Below the pieces are notes generated by a model, which was not told where the DNA came from, made no database searches, and saw only the letters and a list, made by a program, of their open reading frames with translations. A DNA stretch of 64,000 nucleotides from Camelus ferus (lineage: Eukaryota): the NCBI RefSeq assembly GCF_009834535.1, contig NC_045696.1:47370001-47434000 (forward strand), in the 5' to 3' direction. The stretch's first letter is position 1; every line of letters begins with the position of its first letter. This document shows, one piece after another, positions 50,735-63,937 of this stretch. The position numbers were made by a program, and so were the translations under genes.

Positions 50735-52330
50735 TGTTTTTTTTTTAGCTAAATTACAGTTGATTTACAATATTAGTTTCAGATATACAACATAGTGATT
50801 GAATATTATAGATTATATTCATTTTAAAATTTTACAATATTGGCTATATTCCCTGTGCTGTACAATATATCCTGGTAGCTTATCTATTTTATACATAGTA
50901 GCTTATACATCTTAATCCCCATCCCTATTTTGCCCCTCCCCTTTTCTCTCTCCCTACTGGTAACCACTAGTTTGTTCTCTATATCTGAGTCTGTTTCTCT
51001 TTTGTTATATTCATTCATTTGTTTTATTTTTTAGGTTTCACATGTAAGTGATAACATACAGTACTTGTCTTTCTCTGACTTATTTCACTAAATATAATAC
51101 CATCCATTAAATATAATACTTATTTCACTAAACATAATACCCTCCAGGTCCACCTATGTTGTTGCAAAGGGAAAATCTTTATTCTTTTTTATGGCTGAGT
51201 AGTATTTCATTGTGTGTATATATGCATCTTATTTATCCATTCATCTGTTGATGGACACTTAAGTTGCTTCCACATCTTGGCTATTGTAAATGCTGCTGCT
51301 ATGAACATTGGGGTGCATGTATCTTTTCAAATTAATGTTTTAATTTTCTTTGAATATATACCCAGGAATGGAATTACTGGACCATATGGTACTTCTATTT
51401 TTGGTTTCTTAAGGAATCTTCATACTGTTTTCCATAGTGGCTACACTAATTTACATTCTCATCAAAAGTGTATGAGAGTTCCCTTTTCACCACTTTCACC
51501 GCTTGTTATTTGTGGTCTTTTTGATGATAACCATTCTGACAGGTATAAGGTAATTATTGTGGTTTTGATTTGCATTTCCCTGATGACTAGAGATATTGAG
51601 CATCTTTTCATGTGCCTACTGGTCATCTGTATATCTTCTTTGGAAAACATCTGTTCAGGTCTTCTGCCCAGTTTTTTTAATTGGGCTTTTTTTTTTTTTT
51701 TTTTTTTTGATACTGAGTTGTATGGGCTGTTTATTTTGGGTAGTAGCCCCTTATTGGTCATGTAATTGGCAAATATTTTCTCTCATTCAGTAGGCTGTCT
51801 TTATTTTTTGACAGTTTCCTTTGCTGTGCAAAAACTTTTAAATTTAATGAGACCCAATTTGTTTATTTTTGCTTTTGTGCCTTAGGAGACCAAAAAAATA
51901 TTACTACAATTTATGCCAAAGAGTGTTATGCCTATGTTTTTGTTTTCTTCTAGGAGTTTTATGGTTTCTGGTCTTACATTTAGGTCTTTAATCCATTTTG
52001 AGTTTATTTTTGTATATGGTGTTAGAGAATGTCCTAATTTCATTCTCACATGTAGCTGTCCAGTTTTCCCAGCATCACTTATTAAAGAGACTGTCTTTTC
52101 TCCATTGTGTATTCTTGCCTCCTTTGTCACAGATTAACTGACCAGCTTTGTTCTTTTTTCTCATAATTGCTTTGGCTATTTGGGGACTTTTGTGGTTACA
52201 TATAATTTTAGGTTTCTTTGTTCTAGTTCTGTGAATACTGTCATGAGTATTTTGATAGGGGCTGCATTGAATATGTAGATTGTTTTGGGTAGTATGGACA
52301 TTTTAACAATATTAATTCTTCCAATCTAAG
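50735..52330 (-). mobile_element. 5'-truncated L1 (3' ~1.6 kb, with a small internal deletion near 52143)
   Basis: Poly(T) plus L1 3' UTR; ORF track 51462..51761 and 51882..52130 are ORF2 remnants. Confidence 0.93.
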
Positions 52331-55300
52331 GGCCTTGATCTAGGGAAACAGAGGTGACCCAGGGGCCTGGGGTGTGGTCTAGGTGGGACAGCAGCAGCCA
52401 TTTTAGGCACTTACTCAAATAGCACCACAGAAACAGCCCAAACTTCTGATGGCAGCCTAGCTGCTTCAATTCCTGCAATCATAGCACTGTGATTCCCCAG
52501 TTTCAGCCAGCAAACACTCCAGCTCCGCCCCCTCCCACCATGACCTTGCACTAGATCTGGGACAAAAACAACAGATGCAACCTTGGGCTGCAGCTGAGCA
52601 GAGCATAGATGCCTACATAGGCAGCCCACTAGGCCTCTAAGCACATGAGCCCACTTACTAAAAAGCACTCCCCTCCGGGGCAAAAGCCCTAGTGTAGGGA
52701 GAAGGAAAAATATACACTTAAAGGGACCAGAGCCAGCTTGAGCCCAACCCTCAGGGAACCTGCTCCAGCAACTTAGGAGCAGAGTCCGCTTGTGAAAGGG
52801 TGGCGACTGCCACTGAGCAGAGAGGAAGTCTCACCTCACACCCTGTGAAGGCTCTAGGTCCTCCAACACCAGCCGCAGCTCCTATCAAAATGATAGTAGC
52901 CAGAACACCCTGAGGAAAGGTCTGGCTGGCATCCACATCAAATCCAGCTCTCATACAAAAGACTGGGCACACACAGTCTCCACAGGGACACTCTCACATA
53001 AAAACATTCCTTCAAGATCACAATAGCAAACTGTTTCACCTAAATTCGTAGAGACAGAAAGTTAATTAAAATGAAAAAACAGGAACTGTTCCCAATTGAA
53101 AGAGCAAGGGAAAAGACCTGAAAAAATAATGAAACAGAGATACTCTGTCTACCAGACAATGAGTTCAAAAAATTGGCAATAAAAGTGCTAACTGAATTAA
53201 GTAAGAAAATCAATCTAAGGACAAATCATTTTAACAAAGAACTAGAAACTATAAAGAAGACCAAATCAAAAATAAACAACTTAATTTCTGAGATAAAAAG
53301 CACTCTAGAAGCAATGAACAGACTAAATGACACAGAAGAACACATAAGTGATCTGGAAAATAGAATAATGGAAATCACCCAATCAGAACAACGGACAGAA
53401 AGACATGGGGGGAAAATGAAAGCAATGAATATGAGATACATGTGATAATATAAAACATGCCAACATTGCATTATAGGGGTTCTAGAAGGAGAAGAGAGAA
53501 AGGGGTCAAAAATGTATTTGAAGAAATTATGCCTGATACTTCACAAACCTAGAGAAGAAAACAGATATCCAGGTACAGGAAGCATGGAGGGTTCCAAACA
53601 AGATGAACCCAAACACACCAACACCAAGACATATAATAATGAAAATGATAAATTTAACAATAGAGAGTTCTAAAGGCAACAAGAGAAGAATGAAGATTCA
53701 TAAGCAATGGAACCCCCACAAGTCTATCAGGTGTTTTCTCTGCAGAAAATTTACAGGCCAAAAGGGAGTGGCATGATACATTCAAAGTGCTGAAAGGGAA
53801 AAACCTTCCACCTAGGATACTCTACCCAGTAAAATTATCATTTAGAATAGGAGAGAAAAAAGAATAGAAGGAGAGAGAAAAATTTCTCAAACAAAAACTA
53901 AAAGAATTCAGCAACATCAAAACTACTCTAAAAGAAATGTAGAAAGTCTACTCTAAACAGAAAAGAATTTGCAGGAAAGGGAAAGTTCCCATAGGGAAGG
54001 CAAATATATAGTAAGGGCTGAAGATGATTTGAATAAGTGAGTATATAGATTAAAAAACAAAACAAAAAATATGTATAACTACAATAAACAGTAAAAGGAT
54101 AGCATGAAAATGTAAAATATGACATCAAAAACACAAAAGATAAGGGAAGAGAGTAAAAATGATCTAAATCTTTTAGAATATGTTTGAATTTAAATGATTA
54201 TCAGTTTAAAGCAAATATATATAATTATGAGTCAACATATATGGACCCCATGGTAACCACAAATCAAAAATCTGATACACAAAAACCAAAAGAAAGGAAC
54301 TCAGCATACTACAAAAGAAAATTATCAAACCACAACAAGAAAAACAAAAAGAATAAACTAACAAGAACTACAAAAACACCTGGAAAAGAAGGAATAAAAT
54401 GGCAGTAAGAACATACCCATCAGTAATTACTCTAAATGTCAATGAACTAAATACTCTGATCAAAAGATAGGAGTGGCTGATTGGATTTTTAAAAAAATGA
54501 AGAGCCTACAATATACTGCCTACAAGAGACTCACTTTAGAGTGAAGGACACACATAGATTGAAAGTGAAGGGATGGAAAGAGATATTTCATGCAAATGGA
54601 AATGACAAAAAAGCAGGTGTAGCAATACCCATATCAGACAAAATAGACTTTAAAACAAATGTCATAAAGAAACGTAAAATATACTATATAATGATAGAAG
54701 GACACCATATAATGATAAAAGGATTAATACAAGAAGATTTTTTTTTTAAGGAGAAGATATTATATTTGTTAACATACATGAATCCAATGTAGGAAAACCT
54801 AAATATATAAAACAAGTATTAACAACATAAAAGGAGAAGTTGACAGGAATACAATAATAGTGTGAGACTTTAACACCCACTGACATCAATGGACAGATTT
54901 TCCAGATAGAAAATCAGTAAGGTAACAGAGATCCTAAATGACATAATAGAATGGTTAGACTTAATATTTTCAAGACATTAAATCCTCAAAAAACAGAATA
55001 CACATTCTTCTCAAGCATACATGGAAAATTCTCTAGGATTGACCACACACTATGACACAAAACAAGCCTCAACAAATTTAAGAGGACAGAAATTATTTCA
55101 AACATATTTTCTGACCACAAAGGCATGAAACTGGAAATCAATGACAGAAAGAGAAATGAGGAGAAAAAAAAAAAAAAAAGACTACATGGAGACTAAACAG
55201 CATACTACTAAAAAAATCAATGCATCAATGATGAAATCAAAGAGGAAATTAAAAAAAATTTAAAAAAAATTTGGACAAATCACAATGATAACACAACCAT

Positions 55301-55823
55301 ACAAAATCTATGGGATGCAGCAAAGGCAGTCCTAAAAAGGAAGTTCATAGCAATACAGGCCCTCCTCAAAAAAACAAGAGAAGTCTCAAATAAACTAACC
55401 TAACATACCATCTAAAAGAATTAAGAAAAAAAATACAAACCTAAAATCAGCACAAGGAAGGAAATAATAAAGATCAAAGAGGAAATAAGTAACATAGAGA
55501 TTCAAAAAGAAAAAATCAATAAAACCAACAGCTGGGTTTTTTTTGAAAGGATAAACAAAATTGACAAGCATCTGGCCAGGTTTACCAAGAAGAAATCAGA
55601 GAGGACCCAAATAAACAAAATAAGAAATGAAAGAGGAGAAATAACAACTGATACTGCAGAAATACAAAAAACCATAAGAATACTATGAACAATTATATGG
55701 CAACAAATTGGACAACCTAGAAGAAATGGACAAGTTTCTAGAAACATATAACCCACCAAAACTGAATCAAGAAGAAACAGATAATTTGAACAGAATGATT
55801 ACTAGAAATGAAGTACAATCTGT

Positions 55824-55824
<1 letters not shown>

Positions 55825-55863
<39 letters not shown>
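55825..55863 (+). repeat. (ATC)13 microsatellite inside L1 ORF2
   Basis: 13 perfect ATC units. Confidence 0.95.
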
Positions 55864-58074
55864 TCCCTGAAAACAAAGTCCAGGACTAAATGGCTTCACT
55901 GGAAAATTCTGCCAATCATACAAAGAAGAACTTATACCAATCCTTCTCAAATGATTCCAAAATATAGAAAAGAAAGGAATGCTCCCAAAGTCATTCTATG
56001 AAGCCACCATTACCCTGATACTAAGACCAAACAAAGACACTACCAAAAAATATACAGGCCAATATCCTTGAAGAATATAAATGTAAAAATCCTCAACAAA
56101 ATATTAGCAAACCAAATCCAACAATATATAAAAAGAATCAAATACCATGATCAAGTTGGATTAATTCCAGGGTCACAAGGATGATTCAACCCATGCAAAT
56201 AAAAAATGTGATACATTAACAAAAGGAAAGATGAAAATCACATGATTACCTCAATAGATGCAGAAAAAAACATTTGACAAAATTCAACATCCATTTATGA
56301 TAAAAACTCTCATCAAATAAATATAGAGGGAACATATCTCAATATAATAGAGGCCATTTACAACAAACCCATAGCCAACATAATACACAACAGTGAAAAG
56401 TTGAAAGCCTTTTCACTAAGTTCAGGAACAAGACAAGGATGCCCATGCTTACTGCTTGTATTTAACACAGTATTGGAAGTTCTAGCCCCAGCAATCAGAC
56501 AAGAAAAAGAAATAAAGATATCCAAATTGAAAGAGAAGACCCAAAACTGTAACTGTTTTTAGATGACATGATACTCTATAAAGATCCATAAAGTCTCCAC
56601 CACAAAACTATTGGAAGTAATAAATGAATTCAGCAATATTTCAGGATACAAGATTAATAGACAGTAATCTCTCACATTTCTCTACACTAATGAAATATTA
56701 GAAACATAAAGTAAAAAAAAAAAAAATTCCTAGGAATAAGCTTAACCAAGGAGGTGAAAGACCTATATGCCAAAACCTATAGAACACTGACGAAATTAGA
56801 GATAAATCAAAGCAATGGAAAGGCAGCCCACGATATCACATTGGAAGAATTAATATTATTAAAATGGCCATATTACCCAAAGCAACCTATAGATTTAATG
56901 CAATCCCTATCAAAATACCCAGGACATTTCCCACAGAACTAGAACAAGTAAGCCTAAAATTCATATAGAACCAGAAAAGATCCTGAATTGCCAAGGAATC
57001 CTGAGAAAACAGAACAAAGCTGGAGGTACAACCCTTTCAGACTTCAGATTATACTACAAAGCTACAATAATCAAAACAGCATGGTACTGAAAAAAAAAAA
57101 AAACAGACACATAGATCAATGGAACAGAATAGAGAGCCTAGAAATAAACCCATGCACCTCTGGTCAATTCAACTATGACAAAGGAAGCAAGAATACACAA
57201 TAGAGAGAAGATAGTCATTCCAACAAGTGGTGCAGGGAAAACTGGACAGCTGCATGTGAAACAATGAGATTAGAACATTCCCTCACACCATATAGAAAAA
57301 TAAACTCAAAATGGTTTCAAGTCCTAAATGTAAGACCATAAATCATAAAACTCCTAGAAGAGAACATAGGCAAAGCCCTCTTTGACATAAATCGTAGCAA
57401 TATTTTCTTGGATCAGTTTCCCAAGGCAAAAGAAGCAAATGCAAAAATAAACAAATTGGGTGTAATTAAGTGTGAAAGCTTTTGCACAGTAAAAGAAACC
57501 AGAAACAAAACAAAAAGACAACATACAGAATGGGAGAAAATATTTACAAGTGATACAACTGACAAGGGGTTAATTTATAAAACATACAAACAACTCATAC
57601 AACTCAACATCAAAAAAATTCAAACAGCCCAATGTCTGTAGAAACTAAAGTGACATAAAGAAGACATAAAGATGGATAACAAGCATATGAAAAGTTGCTC
57701 AACATGGCTAATTATTAAAGAAATACAAATCAAAACCACAATGAGGTATCACCTCACATCTGTCAGAATAGCTATCATCAAAAAATCTACAAATAACAAA
57801 TGATGTGGAGGAATGGGAACCCTCATACATTGCTGATGAGAATATAAATAGGTGTAGCCTTTATGGAAAACAGTATGGAAACTCCTTAAAAAATAAAAAT
57901 AGAACTACCATATGATCCAGCAATTCCACTGCTGGGTATATACCCAGAAAAAGCAAAATCCCTCATTTGAAAAGATAAAAGCACCCCAGTGTTCATAGCA
58001 GCACTATTTACAATAGCCAAGACATGGAAGCAAACCAAGTGCCCATCAACAGATGATTGGATTAAGATGATGTG

Positions 58075-58076
<2 letters not shown>

Positions 58077-58122
<46 letters not shown>
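58077..58122 (+). repeat. (AC)23 microsatellite inside the L1 3' region
   Basis: Perfect dinucleotide run. Confidence 0.95.
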
Positions 58123-58125
<3 letters not shown>

Positions 58126-58560
58126 TGTATATTATTCAGTCATAAAAAGTATGAAATACTGCCATTTGCAGCAACATTGATGGGCCTAAGTAACATTATG
58201 CTTAGTGAAATAAGTCAGAGAAAGAAAAACACTATATATCACTTACATGTGGAATCTAAAAAATAATACAAATGAATGTGTATGCAAAATAGAAACAGAC
58301 TCACAGATACAGAAAACAAATTTCTGATTACCAAAGGGGAGAGGGAAGGGAAGAGAAAAAATTTGAAGGTATGGGATTAACAGATATAAACTACTATATA
58401 TAAAATAGATAGACAACAAGATACAGTGTACAGCACAGAGAATTATACTCATTATCATGTAATAACCTATAATGAAGTATAATCTGCAAAAATACTGAAT
58501 CACTATGCTGTATACCTGAAACTAACATGATATTGTAAATCAACTATATGTCAATAAAAA

Positions 58561-61500
58561 ATTACAATGGAAATCAATGAAAAGGAAAACCACAAAGAAA
58601 AATCAATAAAGCTTGAAGCTATTTCTTTAAGAAGATCAATAAAATTGATAAAACTCTAGCCAGAGTGATCAGAAAAATAAAGAGAAGACAGATTATCAAT
58701 ATCAGGAATGAAAGAGGTAACATCACTATAGTTTCTACAGATATTAATCAATAATAAGAGAATAATAGGAACAAATTTATGCTAATAAATTCAACAACTT
58801 AGATGAAGTGGACACATTTCTCAAAAGGCAAAACAACAAAACTTACTCAAGAAAAGAATATATCACCTGAATAGCCCTATATCTATTTTTAAATATTAAA
58901 TTTATAGTTAAAATTTTTTTCCACCAAGAGAACTCCAGGCCTGTGTGACTTCACTTGGGAATTCTATTAAATATTTAAGAAGAAATAATACCATTTATAC
59001 ACAAACTATTCCAGAAAATTGAAGAGTGAACCCTTCTGAATTTATCCTGTGAGGTGAGAATCATTCTGATACCAAAGCCAGATAAAGGCACTTCAAGAAA
59101 ATTATAGACCAATGTCCCTCATGAATATAGATGCAAAAGTTAACATTTTAAGAAATGTAATGCAACAATATATAAAAAGGGTAATGCATCATGACCAAAT
59201 GGGGTTTATCCCAGGAATGCAATGTTGAGTTAGCATTTTAAAATCAGTGTAATTCATCCTATTAACAGACAAGAAGAAAACCCATATGATCATCCCACTG
59301 CAGAAAAAGCATTTGACAAAAGCCAACATCCATTCTTGATAAAAACACTCAACAACTAGAAGTAGAAGAAAACTTACTGAATCTGATAAAAATCATCTAT
59401 TAAAAAACCCTACAGTTAACACCAAGTGGTGAAAGACTAAATGTTTTTCCACTATGTTCTGGAACAAGGCAAGGATGTCATAACTTCTATTCAACATTGT
59501 ATTGAATGTTCTAGTGAGTGAAACAAAGCAGAAGGAGGAGGAGGAGCAGCAGCATCTTGGAAAGGTAGAAGTAAAACCCTCTTTGTACACAGATGACATT
59601 ATTGTCTTTGTAGAAAATCTGAAGGAATCTGCAAATAAACTATTGAGTTGAGCAGGTTCGTGGGATACAAGATAAACATACAAAAATCTATTATATTTCT
59701 ATACAATAGCAATAAAATTAGAAATTGAAAAAATATATTTACAATGACATCAAAATATATAAAATACTTAGTAGTAAATCTGACAAAAGATGTGCAAGAC
59801 TTTGACAATTAAAACTAAATGCACTGCTGAGAGAAATTAAGAAGACCTAAATATGCAAAGAGAACTACCATCTTCATGGATTGGAACACTCAGTATTGTT
59901 AAGGTCTCACTTCTCCCCAAGTTGATGTATAAATTCAACACAATCCCCATTAAAATCCAAACAGACTTTTTTTTGGTAGACATTTACAAACTAGTTGTAA
60001 ATTTCATTTGGAAAGCCAAAGGACCTAGCATAGGCAAAACAACATTGAAGAAGAACAAAGCTGGATAATTTTCACTACCTGAAGTCTACACTAATTTTAA
60101 AATTATAGTAATCAAGACAGTAAGGTAGTATGTCAAGAAAGAAGAATACATCAGTGGGAACAGAATAGAATCCAGAGATTAAACCCTTACATACATGAAC
60201 AACTGGTCTTTGCCAAAATTTAAAGGCAATCAGTGGAAAACGTTAGTGTTTTCAACAAGTGGTACTGGAACAATTAAAATATCCAAATAGAAAAATAAGC
60301 TTTGATCCATGCCTTGCATCTTACATTGGGCCATAGATCTCAATGTATAATTTTAAACTATAAAACTTCTAGAAGAAAATGTGGAAGAAATGTTTTGTGT
60401 CCTTGGGTTAGGCAAAGTGTTCTTAAGATAAGGCAATCCACAAAAGGAGAAACTGATAAATTGGACTTCATCTGAAAGTAACAACTACTCTTCAAAAGAT
60501 GCTGTTAAGAGAATAAAAAGGCAAGCCACAGACGGGGGAAAGTATTTTCAAATCACATAAATTACATTTATCCAGTACATACACAGTAACAGAAAGACAA
60601 ACAACTCCATAAAATTGGGCAACAAATTAGAACAGATATATATGTATGTGCATACACAGTCCAAATGAATATACAAAAAGATGCTCAATATTACTAGTCA
60701 TCTGGAAAATACAAATTAAAACTACAATGAGATGCCACTGTACATTTATGAAAATATCTAAAATTAAAAAGATTAAACACACCAAGTGTTGGTAGGTATG
60801 TGGAGCATACAGAACTCTCAGATGCTGCTTTCAGGAAAAAAAATTTTGTTTGAAATTTTCTTATGAAGTTTAATATACCTTCTATATGACCCAGCCATTC
60901 CACTTCTAGGTATTTATCCAAGAGGAATGGAAGGCTTGTACATGAATAGAAGTTCTATTTGTGTTACCCCTAAACTGAAAGTAACCCAAACACCCCCTGA
61001 GCTGTTTTTACTCACAACACTTCTGACACAAAATGTATGTATGTATGTATGTGTGTGTGTGTGTTTCTCTACACCAACAATCAGTTCTTCAACTCTCCAG
61101 ACACCTACTGGGTGTCCAACCATTCAGTTCAATTCTGACACGAACTACCTGGAGTTAGCACAGACCTCATAGATTAAGGGCTCAGACCCACATGACTGCA
61201 CCCACCTCATGCCAATCACAAGTCCCAGGACTCCCATATTTCTCACTGACTATAAATCTGGGGTTTCCATGACTCCTTCTTCAGGGTCAATAATTTGCTA
61301 GGATGGTGCACAGAATTCAGGAAAGCTCTTTCCTTACTATTATTACCAGTTTGTTATAAGCAATCCAACTCAGGAACAGCTAAAGGGAAGAGATGAATAG
61401 GGCAAGTACGGAGGAGGAGCAAGGAGCTTCTATGTCCTTTCTGTGCGTGTTACCCTCTGATGTGTTCACCAACTTGGAAGCTCTCTGAACCCGTTATTTA

Positions 61501-62165
61501 GGGGATTTTATGTAGGTCCCATTATGTAGGCATGATTGATTAAATCAGTGGCTATCAGTAATTCAATCTCCATCCATTTCCCATCCCTGAAGAAATGGGG
61601 TCTGGGCATTGAAAATTCCAACATGCCTTGGTCTTTCTGGCAACCAGCCACCAACCTAAAGCTATCAAGGGGCCCTTCAGCCAACAATTGTCTCATTAGC
61701 ATACCAAAGATCTTATCACTCAGAGAATTCCAAGGGTTTTAGGGGTTCTATGTCAGGACCTAGAGACAAAGACTAAATATATATTTCTTATTATCACAAC
61801 CACTCACCATGTAAATGGATGAAAAATAAAAAGAATAAACATTTGATACCTACAACAGTTTGGTTGATCTCAAAATAATTATGCCAATTGAAAAAAGCCA
61901 GACAAAAATGTAATATATATGATATGATTCCATTTGTATAAAATTCTAGAAAATGGAAACTTATTTACATTGACAGGGAGTAGGGAGGAACAGGAAGGGG
62001 TTATTACAAAGAAGCACAAAGAAAAATTTGAGGGGTGGCAGATATGATCATTATCTGACTGTGGTGATGGTTTCATAAGTACGTACACTTACCAGTACTT
62101 ATCAAATTGTATGCTTTATATATGTGTGGCTTACTGTATGTCAATTATACCTCAGTTAAGCTTTT
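58561..62165 (+). mobile_element. Older L1 (ORF2 RT/C-terminus and 3' UTR), interrupted by an LTR
   Basis: catcatgaccaaatggggtttatcccaggaatgcaa RT motif; ORF track 59853..60068 ([16 protein letters not shown]); L1MC/MD-type 3' UTR at 61800-62165. Confidence 0.88.
60998..61798 (-). mobile_element. MER21-like ERV solo LTR inserted in L1
   Basis: Reverse strand starts tgtgataataagaaatatatatttagtctttgtctctaggtcctgacatagaacccctaaaacccttggaattctctgagtgataag; internal ttcaattctgacacgaactacctggagttagcacagac. Confidence 0.82.
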
Positions 62166-62361
62166 TTCTTTTTTAAGGTGAGTACTAGATTTCACATAGC
62201 AGTGTGGTCATTACCTCCAAAGGAGGCTGCATGAGTCAACTGGAGTAAAGACAAGTCAGATAAGGTCCTACCCAGGAGCTGGGTGGATCTGGGCTCCTCT
62301 AGTTTTCTACTGATTTTATCCTTAAAAAGTTTCGATTTTGGATCTTTCCCCACAGTCCCTT

Positions 62362-62977
62362 TGTTAGAGCAGGCAGATAGCTAGATATGAGCAGAGAAAG
62401 GCGGACGCAGGGCAAATGCAGGAAACCATACATCATGTAAGCACCAGGGTTCCCAGGGTAGAGAAAGAAAAGCAGGAACCGCTGTGCTGATGAGTGATCG
62501 CAACTTTGGGGCTGATAAGCAGCCCAGGAGCCAACAAAGAACGGTGGAAAACGGCAGGAATCTCCAGTGTTCGAATGTAACCTTTTCCTTATTATGCCCT
62601 CTTTACAATAAAGTTAGCCTTGCAGATTAGAAGTACCCATCATGCACCGATACCATGACACTTCCAATCCAGACCAAATAAAGACAAACCCCCCTGCCCT
62701 TTGGGAAGGTGGAGTTGGGGTGAAAATCAGGGAATACGACCCCAAACCCTTCCCTCCCCAATGAATATTCCGCCCATTTATTTTTACAACCTATGTAACC
62801 AACTTGCCAAAGAAACTCAGGGCAGCTGCTCACCTGAGGCTGCCTACTCTCCCCTTGCGAGTGTATTATCCATTACTTAATAAATCCTCACTTTAATTTT
62901 TTTAACCTTCGCGTCTTGTCTCTGAATTCTTTCTGGGACAGGACGAGAACCTGGAACACTGGCTACATCCACTGACA
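62362..62977 (+). mobile_element. ERV solo LTR (ERV1-like, relatively young)
   Basis: TG...CA termini (tgttagagc...actgaca), TATA-like tatgtaa at ~62793, AATAAA at 62879-62884, U5-like tctctgaattctttctgggacaggacgagaacc; several CpGs retained; no clean TSD found. Confidence 0.8.
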
Positions 62978-63124
62978 GTTCTATGACACTCATAGAATGA
63001 CGCTGGAATTGGCAATCACCCTATTTCTACCTATTCCCCATGAAACTGCTCCCACTTAGAAAAACTGAATCTATCCAGGAGGCACAGCAGGAGGGGGCAG
63101 TGGTACCCAGGGAGGGGAGCATAA

Positions 63125-63292
63125 TATAACAGAGCCTGAGCTTTGGTGTGGGATGAACACCATTCACTAGCTACATAACCCTGGGCAAATCACTTTACCT
63201 CTCTGCACCTCTCTGAATTTTCTCATTTCAAAAATATTTAACAATTCCTACCTGATAGAGTTGTCTTGAAGGCATATGTAAAAGGATGAAAT
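63125..63292 (+). mobile_element. MIR SINE
   Basis: cactagctacataaccctgggcaaatcactttacctctctgcacctc...ttttctcatttcaaaa. Confidence 0.75.
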
Positions 63293-63454
63293 GATATCTG
63301 GCCGAAGGAGGAGTTCAATAAGAAATGCCTCTCTCTTTTCTGCTGTTGTTTGAGGATTCTCCTTAAGCCAGTGATTCTGCGCATTCCCATCTTCACGTGC
63401 TTTCAGGACGCCAGTCAAAGCCTCAGGTGTAAACTGTAAATGAGGTTCTATGTT

Positions 63455-63937
63455 AGTGGGTCTCAAGCATGGCTCTGTATTAGAATCTCCTGGGGAGATA
63501 AAAACAACAGCAAAATACCTGATGCCCAGGTTCTGCTCCTAGAGGTTCTGACTTGAGTCTGTGGTGCAATTGGGCATTGGGATATTTAAAAGCTTCCCAA
63601 GAGATGTTAATAAGGGGCCAAGGCTGTGAAACACTGTTCTAATGCTTCTCAGGCTTTAATGTGCATTGAATCACTGGGGATCTTGTTAAAATTCAGATTC
63701 TTATTCTGTAGGTTTGTGATTCTACTTTTCTAATAAGCTCCCAGAGGATGCTGATGCTCTTAGTCCTAGGATGACACTTTGAGTAAAAAGACTAAACCCC
63801 AGCTGAGCATCGGAATCGCATAGAGATCTTTTAAAGCTGAAGGTTCCCAGGTCCTGCCCTTGGATGAGGCCCACAGCCCATGCATGTTTATAGGTCAGCC
63901 AGATAAGTCTATGTGCTTCTTTTACTGAGAACCATGA
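63455..63937. mobile_element. Three adjacent MER5-family (hAT-Charlie) remnants
   Basis: Units at ~63455-63636, ~63641-63790 and ~63797-63937, each with a (c)attagaatca/tcctggg-like motif and MER5-type ends such as tgaaacactg and tgagaaccatg. Confidence 0.7.

Larger units (their letters stand above)
52331..58560 (+). mobile_element. Near full-length (~6.2 kb) inactive L1: GC-rich 5' UTR, ORF1, ORF2, 3' UTR
   Basis: GC-rich 52331-53040; ORF1p coiled-coil remnant 53173..53445 (RLNDTEEHISDLENRIMEITQSEQ); EN remnant 54541..54792; later ORF2 remnants to 58266; ends aatcaactatatgtcaataaaaa; many frameshifts. Confidence 0.95.

Noticed and set aside
51214..51765. Longest ORF in the track (183 aa, +), and similar hydrophobic ORFs at 5485, 10360, 26242, 29515, 29806
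   Set aside because: They are antisense readings of L1 ORF2/3' UTR and recur in each L1 copy; not genes.
52331..58560. Possibility of an active full-length L1
   Set aside because: ORF1 and ORF2 are broken into fragments of <100 aa by stops, frameshifts and microsatellites.
63248..63466. 72-aa minus-strand ORF in a CpG-containing unique stretch with an E-box (CACGTG)
   Set aside because: It starts in a MER5 remnant and ends in a MIR; no recognisable domain or convincing splice pair.
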